From Thermodesulfobacteriota bacterium (GTDB lineage Bacteria; Desulfobacterota; Binatia; Bin18), in contig OZ219926.1 of assembly GCA_964291405.2 (NCBI GenBank), positions 2,112,001-2,176,000 on the forward strand: 64,000 bases of DNA, written 5' to 3'. A program made the translations under genes and the position numbers. This document shows, piece by piece, positions 17,258-27,542 of this stretch. The notes beneath the pieces are model-generated. The model did no database searches. It was not told where the DNA came from and was given only the letters and a program-made list of their open reading frames with translations. Within the stretch, counting starts at the first letter, position 1. The number at the start of each line of letters is the position of its first letter.

Positions 17258-19201
17258 TCAATGCTGTTCTCGGGCCTTATCTTTTCGAGCAACCCACCAC
17301 CACTCCAGACTACACAGGACAAGCACGGCGAGCAAAAGCCATGGCCAGATCGGCCGCTCATATGTTCGGCTCACGCGGTCTGTCTGGGGAATGTGAGACG
17401 GTCCGCCAGATTCGTCAACCACCAAGGAGAGTGGCCGGCCCAGGTCAGTCTCTTCCGGGCTCAGAAGATTGACGGCCACGAGACGGTCCACGCCATTTTC
17501 ACGAAAAGTATACACCCCCTGTCGGTCCAAGGAGAGGGCACGCTCGACAGGTTGAAAGCGGGTATCCCCAGGGAACCGAACGTGCACAGGCGAGTCCGTT
17601 GCCCTGGCCAGGTAGGACTGCGGGCTTAGCACTGCCCCTGTTTTATACAGAGCGGATTGCAAGGTCCGATCCGAGAGCCAGCCTAAAATATTCAGCGTCA
17701 AAATGGATGCCGGCAGGTTGCGCCTTCCCAGGTACGGCAGGAGGTCGAATCCCGTCACAACGTAGCGCCTCCCAGCCCGTTCTCCAGCCAGCAGGAGCGT
17801 GCCGACAGTGCTCTCAATGATGGGCGTATTCCACCCAGAGGGGTGGAGGGCTTGGGCATAGGCCGGGGTGAGCAAAGGAAAGGTGACATACGAGGTCAGG
17901 GGGTGACCGTGGGTCCAGTGGGTGAGCACGGGCTGCTGGGCGCTCCGTCCCAAGGAGAAGAGCGGATTGTCGTCCGGCGGCAGAAAAAAGGCCGCCGGCG
18001 TCTGGGGCAATGCTTCGGGGGCGGTCAGGTGAAAAAGGATACACCTGAACGCAGAGGCGTGCGTGACCGCAGCGGGGTTATAGTCCTGGGGGGTCATCAG
18101 CGTCAATTTGATATTTGGTATCTGCCCAAGACTGTCTCCGACCTCAGGCGTTGGGCTGACGAGTAAGACAGCAATCTCCTCAAGAGGCGGCAGAACGGCG
18201 TAGGCTTCGTTATCAACAGCCAGCCTATCTTTGTCTTGGCCTCCCCCCTTCCCTTCACCCAAAAGAATCCGGGCTCGGTAGCTCGTCGAGAGCGGGAGCC
18301 GGGAAAAGGAGAAGGTCTGCGCTGCCGGTTGTCCGACCTGCCGGACGGCAAAGCGCTGCTGGGTCTGGCCATCTTCGATGACAACCTGCCTCAGGGACAA
18401 CTGGGAGAGGGCGTCCTCGGTAGCGTGTATGCCGACCGTGGCATGAACCTCATCTGGAAAAAATGGGCTCCGGTATAAGCGGAATGTGCTGATTCCAATA
18501 TTGGGCTGGGCAGAGCCCACCGTCACCGTGCGGAGTGCGAGCTTCGATGTCTGCTCGCCGGAGGGCTGCGTCATAGGGCGATCGGTCACAAACAAGACGC
18601 GCTCAAAATCCTGATCGCGCAAGAGCCGGGCAAAAAAGGCAGAGAGTGTTGCATCGCTCGGGTCGGGCGCATCGCTGACACACATTCGCTCCCACACGGC
18701 CTGCATATCAGAGTCGGCCGTAATGGGTTCTTCAGCATCGGTCGAACCGGCGAGGGGATCGAGCAGTTCTTCGAGGGCCGCCCCAAGGGGATTGGTAGTG
18801 AAGATGCTGACACGCTGCCCGACCGGGATATTTGCCAGTTCCTGTTGAATTTTCTCTTTGGCCACCTCAAAAAGTGAGGTCTGGCCTGAAGGGTCGCGCG
18901 CCTGCATACTGGCTGAGGTATCGAGGACGAGCGCAATTTTTCCCGCGGTGTCGTATTGCAAGACCGGACGGGCGGCGACGGCAACCAATAACAGCAGGAT
19001 GAGGAGCTGAAGCAAAAAGAGTGGAGACAGTCGGATTCGGCCCCACAGGCGTCGCCGCGCCGGGGAAGAAATATCCTGGTAGAGAAAGAGGGCCGGAACG
19101 ACCCGGCGTTGATGTCGCTGCCGGAGTAAATACGGCACAAGCAGCAAGGGGAGTGCAAGCAGGAGAGAGAAGGCGGCCGGAGAAAGAAAACTGAACTGCA
19201 T
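17258..19201 (-). CDS. BatA-domain VWA membrane protein
   Basis: N-terminal BatA-like TM hairpin, DTSASM, C-terminal LEWW. Confidence 0.85.
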   Translation of the reverse strand: MQFSFLSPAAFSLLLALPLLLVPYLLRQRHQRRVVPALFLYQDISSPARRRLWGRIRLSPLFLLQLLILLLLVAVAARPVLQYDTAGKIALVLDTSASMQARDPSGQTSLFEVAKEKIQQELANIPVGQRVSIFTTNPLGAALEELLDPLAGSTDAEEPITADSDMQAVWERMCVSDAPDPSDATLSAFFARLLRDQDFERVLFVTDRPMTQPSGEQTSKLALRTVTVGSAQPNIGISTFRLYRSPFFPDEVHATVGIHATEDALSQLSLRQVVIEDGQTQQRFAVRQVGQPAAQTFSFSRLPLSTSYRARILLGEGKGGGQDKDRLAVDNEAYAVLPPLEEIAVLLVSPTPEVGDSLGQIPNIKLTLMTPQDYNPAAVTHASAFRCILFHLTAPEALPQTPAAFFLPPDDNPLFSLGRSAQQPVLTHWTHGHPLTSYVTFPLLTPAYAQALHPSGWNTPIIESTVGTLLLAGERAGRRYVVTGFDLLPYLGRRNLPASILTLNILGWLSDRTLQSALYKTGAVLSPQSYLARATDSPVHVRFPGDTRFQPVERALSLDRQGVYTFRENGVDRLVAVNLLSPEETDLGRPLSLVVDESGGPSHIPQTDRVSRTYERPIWPWLLLAVLVLCSLEWWWVARKDKAREQH

Positions 19202-19231
19202 GAGACTCAGCGCGAGGACGCGGGCGCCCGA

Positions 19232-20128
19232 CTATATCAGCAGCCCCAGCTCCGGCAGCTCGCGTAAGATAAAGTGGGGCAGGTCTTGATGGGTAATAAA
19301 ACGGGCATAGTGCACACCAGCTTGATGGCAGGAACTCTGGAGCTCACGATTGTGTCGGTCCAAGCGCTGCATATAGTTCTGTTTGGCCCGAGTGTCAAAA
19401 TAGACCACACTTTCCGCTTCGCTTTCACTGTCCGTCAGTCGGGCTCCGCCCGGAAAGAGCGGCGGATCAATTTCTTCATGGCCGAGAATCTGAATAAGCG
19501 CCAAGTCAAAGTTTGCGTCGCGCATCAGACTCAGGCCCGTGCGGACATCGGACAGAGGGAATAAAAAATCAGAAACCCACACCGCCTTACCCGGATGGTG
19601 GGACTGCTGCAACTGTTGGGCCAGCGATTGGACGACGTTGATCCGACCCGCTGGATTATAGACGTCAAGAAATTCCGCAACAGTGCCCAACCGCTGACGA
19701 CCCCGGAGGAACGGCGTTGTTGATGGGGCCGTTGCATCCGTGCTCAAGAGAGAAAGCTTGACGGCGTCGTTACTGGCCAGAACAACATGGGCAAGCGAGA
19801 GGATAATATCCCGAGCGGCTTCGGCCTTTCCGTCTTGAGCGGGGTAGGCCATAGAAGCGCTCCCGTCCAGGAAGAGTGAGGTATAGAGGTCCTCTTCTTC
19901 TTGAAACTGCTTAATATAGAGACGGTCAGTCCGGCCGTACAGATTCCAGTCAATATAGCGCAGGTCGTCGCCGGGGGTGTAGCGGCGATAATCCGCAAAT
20001 TCGAGCCCCGCCCCACGGCGCAGCGAAACATGGCCACCGGGACGGCTGCCAAGAAAGCGACGTCTGGTCTGAATGCGTAATGTTTCCAGCCGAGACAAGT
20101 AGTCTGACGTAAATAACGGTGGTAACAC
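19232..20128 (-). CDS. DUF58 (MoxR-associated VWA-like) protein
   Basis: EFADYRRYTPGDDLRYIDWN motif. Confidence 0.93.
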   Translation of the reverse strand: MLPPLFTSDYLSRLETLRIQTRRRFLGSRPGGHVSLRRGAGLEFADYRRYTPGDDLRYIDWNLYGRTDRLYIKQFQEEEDLYTSLFLDGSASMAYPAQDGKAEAARDIILSLAHVVLASNDAVKLSLLSTDATAPSTTPFLRGRQRLGTVAEFLDVYNPAGRINVVQSLAQQLQQSHHPGKAVWVSDFLFPLSDVRTGLSLMRDANFDLALIQILGHEEIDPPLFPGGARLTDSESEAESVVYFDTRAKQNYMQRLDRHNRELQSSCHQAGVHYARFITHQDLPHFILRELPELGLLI

Positions 20129-20281
20129 CTGGGCTCCTATGTCACGGTCTCATATCGAAACTTATACCAGCGGCTGGTAGTGCATGGCTAGCAGGAAGTG
20201 GGTGTGTAGCGGGTCGTGCATGACACGTCCAACACCGCCCCTCATCGGCCTGCAGTCGGATGTACCGCGTCGTCCCGAGCG

Positions 20282-21427
20282 TCAGTCCTCTACAGGGACA
20301 AAGGCGGACGAACGATCTGGTGCCAAACAGCGTTCCAGAGCCCAGCGGGCAGCCAGGGCGTCGTCCCGAGCGTACTTGGATAAGAGCTCAAGCGCGGCTG
20401 GGGCCGGCTTCCAATCAAAACAGGCCTCCGAAGGGACAACGACCGCGGCTGGTCTGACAGCCCAGGGCTGAGCGCAAAAGATGATGGTCCTATAGGATGG
20501 TTGCGCCTGAAACCAGGCGAGTATGCGTGGCTCTATTTTTTTTGCGGCCCGGGTGAGACGATCCAGATCAGTAAAAGGCAGGGGCTCGGGACGAGCGCGG
20601 TCGAGACGGACCAAAACGAGTTCTTGGATACGTGCCCAATAATCCCTGGGCGAGGTAAGCAGGGCGGCGCGATCGCTCAGCTTGATAGTCCGAAACTCCT
20701 CGGGGTCGAGGGTAAAAGCAAGGATGCAGGTCGGATATGGAAATTCAACCGCGCGGTCATGCCACGGATACCACCGACCGGTCAGATCAAAAAAATGACG
20801 GACAACAAGCAGGCGATCCGTATTCAGCGGGTAAAGGCCGGAATCAATCGTCCCGAGATATGCCTCCGCATTCAAAATAAAGGTATAGGATTCGAGCGCA
20901 ACCAGAAACTGTTCGGTCACCCATCGCATTTCGGCATCGACGGGAATCAGCATGGTGGACAGTTGCTGAACGATTTCCCTGGGAAGATACGGGTTCGCCC
21001 AGCCAGCCTCGCTGTTATCCTGATGTCCGTCGGTTCGCGAGACAGCTGCACACTGATTCCAGCAGTCTAAGACCAGTTCAATATCCTCGGCATGGTCACT
21101 GGCTTTGATCGCCCCAAAATCGAGCAGAATTTCTCGCCCGACCAGGAAGGAATAACCAAGCATCCAGATGGCCAACGGAGAGAGCGTGGTGTCGAGTCGC
21201 CCGCTCCTCTGGGCAATCACCTGCGGGGTAGCCCGAGAAGAAAAGCGTCGAATATGCCCCGGAAGCGTCCAGAAAAGATGAGTGGCTGCAAGGGAAAAAG
21301 CCTGATTGACCGGAAGACGGGTTGGGGTGGGACCGACTGGTTGGAGGATTTCTTTGCGAAACTTCACCCCCATGCTGTGGATGAGCTGGTTTGTTACTCC
21401 ACGGTCATATGCGGATTTCTGGACCAC
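20282..21427 (-). CDS. Hypothetical protein
   Basis: 381-aa ORF with globular composition filling the gap; family not recognised. Confidence 0.7.
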   Translation of the reverse strand: MVQKSAYDRGVTNQLIHSMGVKFRKEILQPVGPTPTRLPVNQAFSLAATHLFWTLPGHIRRFSSRATPQVIAQRSGRLDTTLSPLAIWMLGYSFLVGREILLDFGAIKASDHAEDIELVLDCWNQCAAVSRTDGHQDNSEAGWANPYLPREIVQQLSTMLIPVDAEMRWVTEQFLVALESYTFILNAEAYLGTIDSGLYPLNTDRLLVVRHFFDLTGRWYPWHDRAVEFPYPTCILAFTLDPEEFRTIKLSDRAALLTSPRDYWARIQELVLVRLDRARPEPLPFTDLDRLTRAAKKIEPRILAWFQAQPSYRTIIFCAQPWAVRPAAVVVPSEACFDWKPAPAALELLSKYARDDALAARWALERCLAPDRSSAFVPVED

Positions 21428-21512
21428 TTTGGTCGGATTAGCGCAGGTACTGTGGACAGGTCAAGACGGGGATTTTAGGGGCTTCGTCGTCTGGGCGGAG
21501 GACTCCCTTCCC

Positions 21513-21567
21513 AAAGAGTAAACGTGTCCAGCATCTACCTGTGTATTGGAGAACACGTTTACTCTTT
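21513..21567. repeat. 55-bp miniature inverted-repeat element, copy A
   Basis: 15-bp arms AAAGAGTAAACGTGT / ACACGTTTACTCTTT. A second copy in opposite orientation lies at 48930-48985. Confidence 0.8.
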
Positions 21568-21585
21568 ATATCATGTAATACTGGC

Positions 21586-21693
21586 TCAACAGCAGGAGGA
21601 GCAGCGTGCGCACAGGTTGGCCAGCCGAGTGCCACACCCGGTGCAGAACTTCATCTCAGCCTGATCTGCAAAACCGCAATTTGCACACTGCAT
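21586..21693 (-). pseudogene. Truncated double-zinc-ribbon N-terminus of an adenylate/guanylate cyclase-type protein
   Basis: MQCANCGFADQAEMKFCTGCGTRLANLCARC, then a stop after 35 aa; GAAGGGAGG RBS. Confidence 0.7.
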
Positions 21694-21850
21694 ACCGGCC
21701 CTCCCTTCGTAGCTCGATAACCGGGGCAGCCAGGATTGCCAACCTTGTTGCGGTCTGACCCCTCCTGATGCGCCCCTCGTACTGACCGTCTGTTTCCGAT
21801 ATATGCCTTTCTGGAGTAAGGGCGGGTTGCACACCCGCTCCTACCTTATT

Positions 21851-24655
21851 ATGGAACGGCTCTACCTGCTCGTCGTCAACCGGCCGAAGACCCTGCTCCT
21901 TCTTCTCTTCATTCTCACCTGCATCTTTGGTGTGTACGCAAAAGATATTCGTCTGGACAGCTCGGTTGAGAGCCTCCTGAGCCAAGACAACCCGGACAGC
22001 CAGTATTACGCCGCAGTCCGCCAGCTCTTTGGCAGCGATGAAGTCGGGGTGGTCGGGCTGCTGGCCGCCGACATCTATACCACCGACGTCTTACACAAGA
22101 TTCAGCGTCTGACTGAGGCGCTTGAGAACGTCGAGGGAGTCCAGGAGGTGCTCAGCCTGACCAATGCGCTTGACCCGATTGCCGATGTGATCGAGCCGCC
22201 ACCTTTGGTCACGCAGGTTCCTACCGAGCAGGACGGTCTGGATGCGCTTCGCGAGACGCTGGCCGATCGGCCCATTTATCTCAAGAACCTCGTCTCCGCA
22301 GACGGAAAAGCCGCAGCCATCAACATCTTCTTCGCCGATATGGACGACGAGGAGTTTATGCGGCGGGGTATTGATGAGCAAATCCAAGCCATCCTCGATA
22401 CGGAACGCAAAACCGGGCCGGAACAACTATTTTATACCGGCCTGCCCCGCTTCAAGGTCTATTCCGCGCGGGCCATGCAGGACGATTTGAGCCGTTTCAT
22501 TCCGCTGACCCTCCTCGCTATTGTTCTTGTGCTCTTCTTGAGCTTTCGCTCCCTCCGTGGAGTCTTGCTCCCCGCCCTGACGATTCTGGTCAGTTTGATT
22601 TGGACGCTGGGCATCATGGTGCTCGCTGGGAGCAGCCTCAGCCTGGGGAGTATCGCCCTGCCGCCTCTGATTCTGGTCTTGGGCACTGCCTATTCGCTTC
22701 ACATGGTGGCCGAGTATTATGAGTTGGCCCGGCCAGACGGATCGGTCCGAGAGGTCGTGCTGGAGGCCCTTAAAAAAACCAGCCCGCCGATTTGTATCAC
22801 CGCGTTGACAACCGTGCTCGGCTTCCTCTCCTTGGGTGTGAACCCGCTCGCCAGTATTCGAGTAATGGGGATTTTCTCGTCGGTCGGTATTCTGATTGCT
22901 TTTCTCCTCTCCATTCTCCTGGTCCCGGCCGTGCTCATGCAGTTGCGCCTACCGGCCAGCCCGGCAGCAGCGTTTGCCCCTGGGGTCACCATGGGTCTGC
23001 AGCGCATCGGTCGCTTTGCCATTCAGAACCGCCTGAGCGTTATTGGTGCGGCGTTGCTTTTGGCCGTGGTAGCGATATGGAACTTCTCCTCGATTCAGGT
23101 CGATTCAAACTTTCAGTCCTTCTTTCGTCCCAACGACCCGGTTCGCCAGGCCACCGACGCCATTAATGAACATCTGGTCGGTAGCATGGCTTTTTATGTG
23201 GTGATTGATGGCGAAGAAAAAGACGTCATGAAACAGTGGGATACCTTACGCCGGATCAAAGATCTGCAATCCTATATCAACGGCCTGCCCGGTGTGGATA
23301 AAACCGTTTCATTTGTTGACTATTGTGAACTGCTCGACCGCGGAGCGCAGTCCGGTGGCGGGGAGCTTCTGGTCGGTCCGGGTGGTGAGATTATTACGGC
23401 CCCGCCACCGGACACGCCCACAACCTTCTGGCAGGAACCGTCTCAACTCCGCGCGGTCATGCAACTCGTCGCCGGTAGCCCGACCAGTTTTCGGTCTGTC
23501 GCCAGCCCGGACTTTGCGCGCTCGAATATCCTCGTCCGTACAACCCTCTCCGGCTCACAGGAGATTTCCGATCTCGCGGAGCGTATTAGCACCTACGCTC
23601 AAGAGCATTTCCCGCCCGACCTCAAGGTGCGTCCTACCGGCAATCTGATTCTCCTGACCGAGACCACCGGTGATATTATTACCGGCCAGATCCGCAGCCT
23701 GTCTCTGGCCGTCAGCATTATCTTCGTCATTATGTCGGCCATGTTTCTGTCCGCCCGGATCGGACTGATCGCCATGATCCCGAACATCTTTCCGATTGTC
23801 ATTTTTTTCGGATTGATGGGTCTCTCCGGCGCGGTTCTCAACCTTGGGACCAGCATTATCGCCGCGGTCGCCCTTGGTATCGCAGTGGATAATACGGTCC
23901 ACTTGATGACCCGGCTGAGCGCCGAGGTGCACGCGGCACCAGACCAAGAGACCGCCTTACTCCACACCCTCGGGACGGTGGGCAAGCCGAGTCTGTATGC
24001 CTCCGTCATCTTATTTCTCGGCTTTCTGGTGCTGTATTTTTCGACTTTTGTCCCAATTCAGGAATTTGGTATGCTCTCGGCGGCAACTATGATCGTGGCC
24101 TTTGGAGCGGATGTGATCTTGCTGCCAGCCTTGCTCGCCACCACCAAGATCATCACCCTGTGGGAAGTCTTATACCTGAAACTCGGACGTGACCCGCAGA
24201 AGACTATTCCCCTCTTTGCCGGGCTGCGTCCCGTGCAAGCCAAGATTGTCACGCTGATGGGCGAATTTCGAACCTTTGACAAAGGTGACTTTATCGTCAG
24301 ACAGGGAGATATGGGTCGGGAAATGTTCGTGCTGATTAATGGTAGGGCAGACGCCCGGATCAATATTGACGGCACGTCAAAGCTGCTCCGGACTATGGGA
24401 CGCGGCGATGTGATTGGCGAGATGGCCCTTATTCGTCAGAATCAGCGGACCGCGGACGTCATTGCCGTGGATGACGCTGAGGCGATTGTGGTGGACGAGC
24501 GCTTCTTGCATCGTATGCAAAAACGTTATCCGCGTATTGGCGCCCGGATATTCCTGAATATCGCTAAGATTGTGAGTGATCGTTTGGACGACGCGTCTCG
24601 ACGCGGGGTGGCAGACGGCGGCGCTCCTTCTTTGGAAGAGCAGCCAGGAAGCTGA
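21851..24655 (+). CDS. MMPL/RND family transporter with C-terminal cyclic-nucleotide-binding domain
   Basis: Two TM bundles with periplasmic loops, GIAVDNTVH, and cNMP signature IVRQGD..GEMAL..RTADV. Start set at MERLY. Confidence 0.88.
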   Translation: MERLYLLVVNRPKTLLLLLFILTCIFGVYAKDIRLDSSVESLLSQDNPDSQYYAAVRQLFGSDEVGVVGLLAADIYTTDVLHKIQRLTEALENVEGVQEVLSLTNALDPIADVIEPPPLVTQVPTEQDGLDALRETLADRPIYLKNLVSADGKAAAINIFFADMDDEEFMRRGIDEQIQAILDTERKTGPEQLFYTGLPRFKVYSARAMQDDLSRFIPLTLLAIVLVLFLSFRSLRGVLLPALTILVSLIWTLGIMVLAGSSLSLGSIALPPLILVLGTAYSLHMVAEYYELARPDGSVREVVLEALKKTSPPICITALTTVLGFLSLGVNPLASIRVMGIFSSVGILIAFLLSILLVPAVLMQLRLPASPAAAFAPGVTMGLQRIGRFAIQNRLSVIGAALLLAVVAIWNFSSIQVDSNFQSFFRPNDPVRQATDAINEHLVGSMAFYVVIDGEEKDVMKQWDTLRRIKDLQSYINGLPGVDKTVSFVDYCELLDRGAQSGGGELLVGPGGEIITAPPPDTPTTFWQEPSQLRAVMQLVAGSPTSFRSVASPDFARSNILVRTTLSGSQEISDLAERISTYAQEHFPPDLKVRPTGNLILLTETTGDIITGQIRSLSLAVSIIFVIMSAMFLSARIGLIAMIPNIFPIVIFFGLMGLSGAVLNLGTSIIAAVALGIAVDNTVHLMTRLSAEVHAAPDQETALLHTLGTVGKPSLYASVILFLGFLVLYFSTFVPIQEFGMLSAATMIVAFGADVILLPALLATTKIITLWEVLYLKLGRDPQKTIPLFAGLRPVQAKIVTLMGEFRTFDKGDFIVRQGDMGREMFVLINGRADARINIDGTSKLLRTMGRGDVIGEMALIRQNQRTADVIAVDDAEAIVVDERFLHRMQKRYPRIGARIFLNIAKIVSDRLDDASRRGVADGGAPSLEEQPGS

Positions 24656-24682
24656 CGACAGGCGCGCCTGGGAAACAGCTCT

Positions 24683-26398
24683 ATGCTGCGTCATCTGCAC
24701 GTAAAAAATCTCGCCCTGATCGACGACCTCGAACTGTCGTTCGAGTCCGGCCTGAATGTGATCACCGGAGAGACGGGCGCCGGCAAAAGTCTGCTCATGC
24801 AGGCCATCGGTCTGGCCTTGGGCGGTCGAGCGACCGCCGACCTGATTCGCCGCGATACCACAGAAGCTGTTGTCGAGGCGGTCTTCGGCCTCGACAAGGC
24901 CCTCCTCGCCCCCCTCTTTGCGGAGCATGGTCTACTTGAAGCTGAAGAGCTCCTCGTCCGCCGTGTAATTACGGAGAACGGGCGGAGCCGGGTGTATCTG
25001 AACGGCACGCTGACCACAGTGACGCTGCTGCGTCAGCTTAGTGCCGGGCTGCTGTACGTCTATGGACAGCATGAGCAGCAGGTCTTACGCGAGGCTGATT
25101 CGGCTCTCTCCCTGCTCGACGATTTCGCTGATACGACGCAACGCACCCAGGAAATGGCAACGCGCTACCGGACCCTGCGGCAGGCCTGGGAGCGCTTACG
25201 TACGCTGACCGAGGACAAAGAGGCGGCTGAGGCCCGCCAGGACTTCGTCCGTTTTCAGGTCGATGAGATTCGCCGCGCCGCCCTCCGGCCCGAAGAAGAA
25301 GAGGAGTTACGGCAAGAGCGGACCATTCTCATGAACGCGGAGAGGCTGTATCAGACAGCGTCCAGTGGTGAAGAAGAACTCACTATGAGTGATGGTGCGG
25401 TCACAGATCGGCTCGGGCGACTAGTGGCGCAGTTACGTGACTTGGTTCAGGTGGATGCCAGCTTAAACGAGGCGATCTCGCTCCTAAGTGACGGGCTGGC
25501 CCAGGTCGAAGAGGCTGCGCTCTTCCTACGCAAATATGGTGAGCGCCTCAGCCCGAATCCCGAGCGTTTGGAAGAGATTGACGTGCGCCTCGCGCTGCTC
25601 TCGCGTCTCAAGAAAAAATACGGCGGGAGTATTGAGGCGATTCTGGCTCGACAGGTGGCGCTGGAACAAGAGTTGGAACACCTCGAAAGCGGGGAAGAGG
25701 CGATTGTCGCATTGCAACAGGAAGTTGCCCAAGCCGCTCACACGGCCTGGTCTTGGGCTGACGACCTGTCAAAGGAGCGTCGTGGAGTAGCCCGGAATCT
25801 TGAGCAAAGCATCCAGACCGAGTTAGGCCAGCTCGGCATGCAGGGCGCGCACTTTGGCGTCCAATTTCCACAGCAGCCGGAAGGGGACGGCGCGAGTACG
25901 TCGGATTCGCCATTTATGCAAAATGGACGGCGTCTTGGAGAGCGTGGCTATGATCGGGTCGAATTTTATCTGTCTGCCAATCCTGGGGAGCCGCTCTTAC
26001 CACTCGTCCAGGTTGCCTCCGGCGGAGAGCTCTCCCGCCTCATGCTCGCCCTCAAGGCCCTCAGCGCGGCTGCGGAAGCCACGCCGACACTGATTTTTGA
26101 CGAAGTAGACGCGGGAATCGGCGGTGGGGTGGCCGAGGTCGTTGGGCGGCGGCTCAAGTCTCTGGCCGACCAGCATCAGGTCCTGTGTATTACGCATTTG
26201 CCGCAGATCGCGGCCTTTGCCGACCATGCCTACACCGTAACCAAAACGATAACACAAGGCCGCACAATTTCTTCAGCCAAACGTCTCACTCAGCGTGAAC
26301 GCCTCCAGGAACTCGCCCGCATGCTAGGTGGTGTGGAGATCACGCCCGAAGCCCGCAGCCACGCACGCGAAATGCTTGAGGGCGCGCAGCGGGGCTGA
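24683..26398 (+). CDS. recN: DNA repair protein RecN
   Basis: TGETGAGKS, SGGELSR, FDEVDAG and ITHLPQIAA motifs. Confidence 0.97.
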   Translation: MLRHLHVKNLALIDDLELSFESGLNVITGETGAGKSLLMQAIGLALGGRATADLIRRDTTEAVVEAVFGLDKALLAPLFAEHGLLEAEELLVRRVITENGRSRVYLNGTLTTVTLLRQLSAGLLYVYGQHEQQVLREADSALSLLDDFADTTQRTQEMATRYRTLRQAWERLRTLTEDKEAAEARQDFVRFQVDEIRRAALRPEEEEELRQERTILMNAERLYQTASSGEEELTMSDGAVTDRLGRLVAQLRDLVQVDASLNEAISLLSDGLAQVEEAALFLRKYGERLSPNPERLEEIDVRLALLSRLKKKYGGSIEAILARQVALEQELEHLESGEEAIVALQQEVAQAAHTAWSWADDLSKERRGVARNLEQSIQTELGQLGMQGAHFGVQFPQQPEGDGASTSDSPFMQNGRRLGERGYDRVEFYLSANPGEPLLPLVQVASGGELSRLMLALKALSAAAEATPTLIFDEVDAGIGGGVAEVVGRRLKSLADQHQVLCITHLPQIAAFADHAYTVTKTITQGRTISSAKRLTQRERLQELARMLGGVEITPEARSHAREMLEGAQRG

Positions 26399-27384
26399 GA
26401 GGACTCAGGGCTTTCCCCGTCACGAAATGACTCGATTGTCTCCGTAATGGCTTGAATTGCCGCGGGCTGGAGTATGATATCAACATGCTCAACTCCCGGC
26501 AGGAGGGTGACTGGAACCGGTCTTCCGGCCTCCTCGAACACGGCTGAGAACTGATCGGCATGGAGGACTTCGTCGTCTTGACCGACCAGGATGTGAAGCG
26601 GTTGCTTCGCAGCGCCAATATCTGCCCGGTAATCGTCATGGGCTCGAAAGTTTTTTTCCAGGGCATAGGAGTAAGTGGGCGTTAAGAACTGCTGCGCTTC
26701 GGCCGTCAACGCAAAAGCAAGCACCGGCAAAGTGTTGAACCGGGTGATCCCGAAACGGTTGAGAAACGTGAGCGCAATGATACGTGCAACCCCGGCTGCG
26801 ACCCATCCGCCAGACCCAGGTCGATACGTTGGCGCATCTCGGTGAATGAATGGAGCTAACAGCACATATTGATCGAATGGTTGCTGTCGCAAACTGGCGG
26901 CAAAGCGCAAGGCAAATCCTCCGCCAGACGAAAATCCAACCAGCGTCCTAGGGCCAGCGGGTTGGACAGCCTCCAGGAAATCCTCCACATCGTCTTCGAG
27001 CTGGCCGATGTAGGTAATCTGGCCCTTCGGACCGGACTCTCCGTGCCCACGCATATCCAGGGCATAGACCGCATAGCCCGCCTGCGCTAACCCCTTGGCT
27101 AGGGGATGAAGGCTGCTACTGCTTGCGGACGACCCATGGATAAGCACCGCAGACCCTTTGGCTGGGCTTGCGGTGGGCGCGTAGGCACGAAACGCCAAAC
27201 GCGCCCCGTCCCGAGCAGTATAGCGCTTGAGCAGAGCAAGGTCAGATAAGTCCACGCTACGAAACGGCGCATTGATACTTTCCATCGGAGGGGGAGGCTG
27301 GGGACCACCAAGTACAACAGCCAAGGCGAGCAGCACAGACACGACAGCCACCCCTGCAATGAGCCCGATCGCTATACGTTTCAT
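26290..27384 (-). CDS. Membrane-anchored or exported alpha/beta hydrolase
   Basis: HGS, DMRGHG, GFSSGG nucleophile elbow, catalytic D and H candidates; N-terminal TM. Confidence 0.88.
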   Translation of the reverse strand: MKRIAIGLIAGVAVVSVLLALAVVLGGPQPPPPMESINAPFRSVDLSDLALLKRYTARDGARLAFRAYAPTASPAKGSAVLIHGSSASSSSLHPLAKGLAQAGYAVYALDMRGHGESGPKGQITYIGQLEDDVEDFLEAVQPAGPRTLVGFSSGGGFALRFAASLRQQPFDQYVLLAPFIHRDAPTYRPGSGGWVAAGVARIIALTFLNRFGITRFNTLPVLAFALTAEAQQFLTPTYSYALEKNFRAHDDYRADIGAAKQPLHILVGQDDEVLHADQFSAVFEEAGRPVPVTLLPGVEHVDIILQPAAIQAITETIESFRDGESPESSQPRCAPSSISRAWLRASGVISTPPSMRASSWRRSR

Positions 27385-27459
27385 AGAGCCTCCTGGAATG
27401 TGGGTCACGACCTATTGTAACAGCGGTCAAAGATAGAGCTCTCCGAGCAGAAATAAAAT

Positions 27460-27488
27460 TTGACCCTCGTTTGAGATTCTACGATAAT
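27460..27488 (+). promoter_or_regulatory. Putative sigma70 promoter
   Basis: TTGACC-17 bp-GATAAT with an AT-rich upstream tract, ahead of the gene at 27543. Confidence 0.45.
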
Positions 27489-27542
27489 TCCCGAGAAATC
27501 TTTTATATAAGGGCCCGATTACCCTGAAAGTAGGAGGGAACG

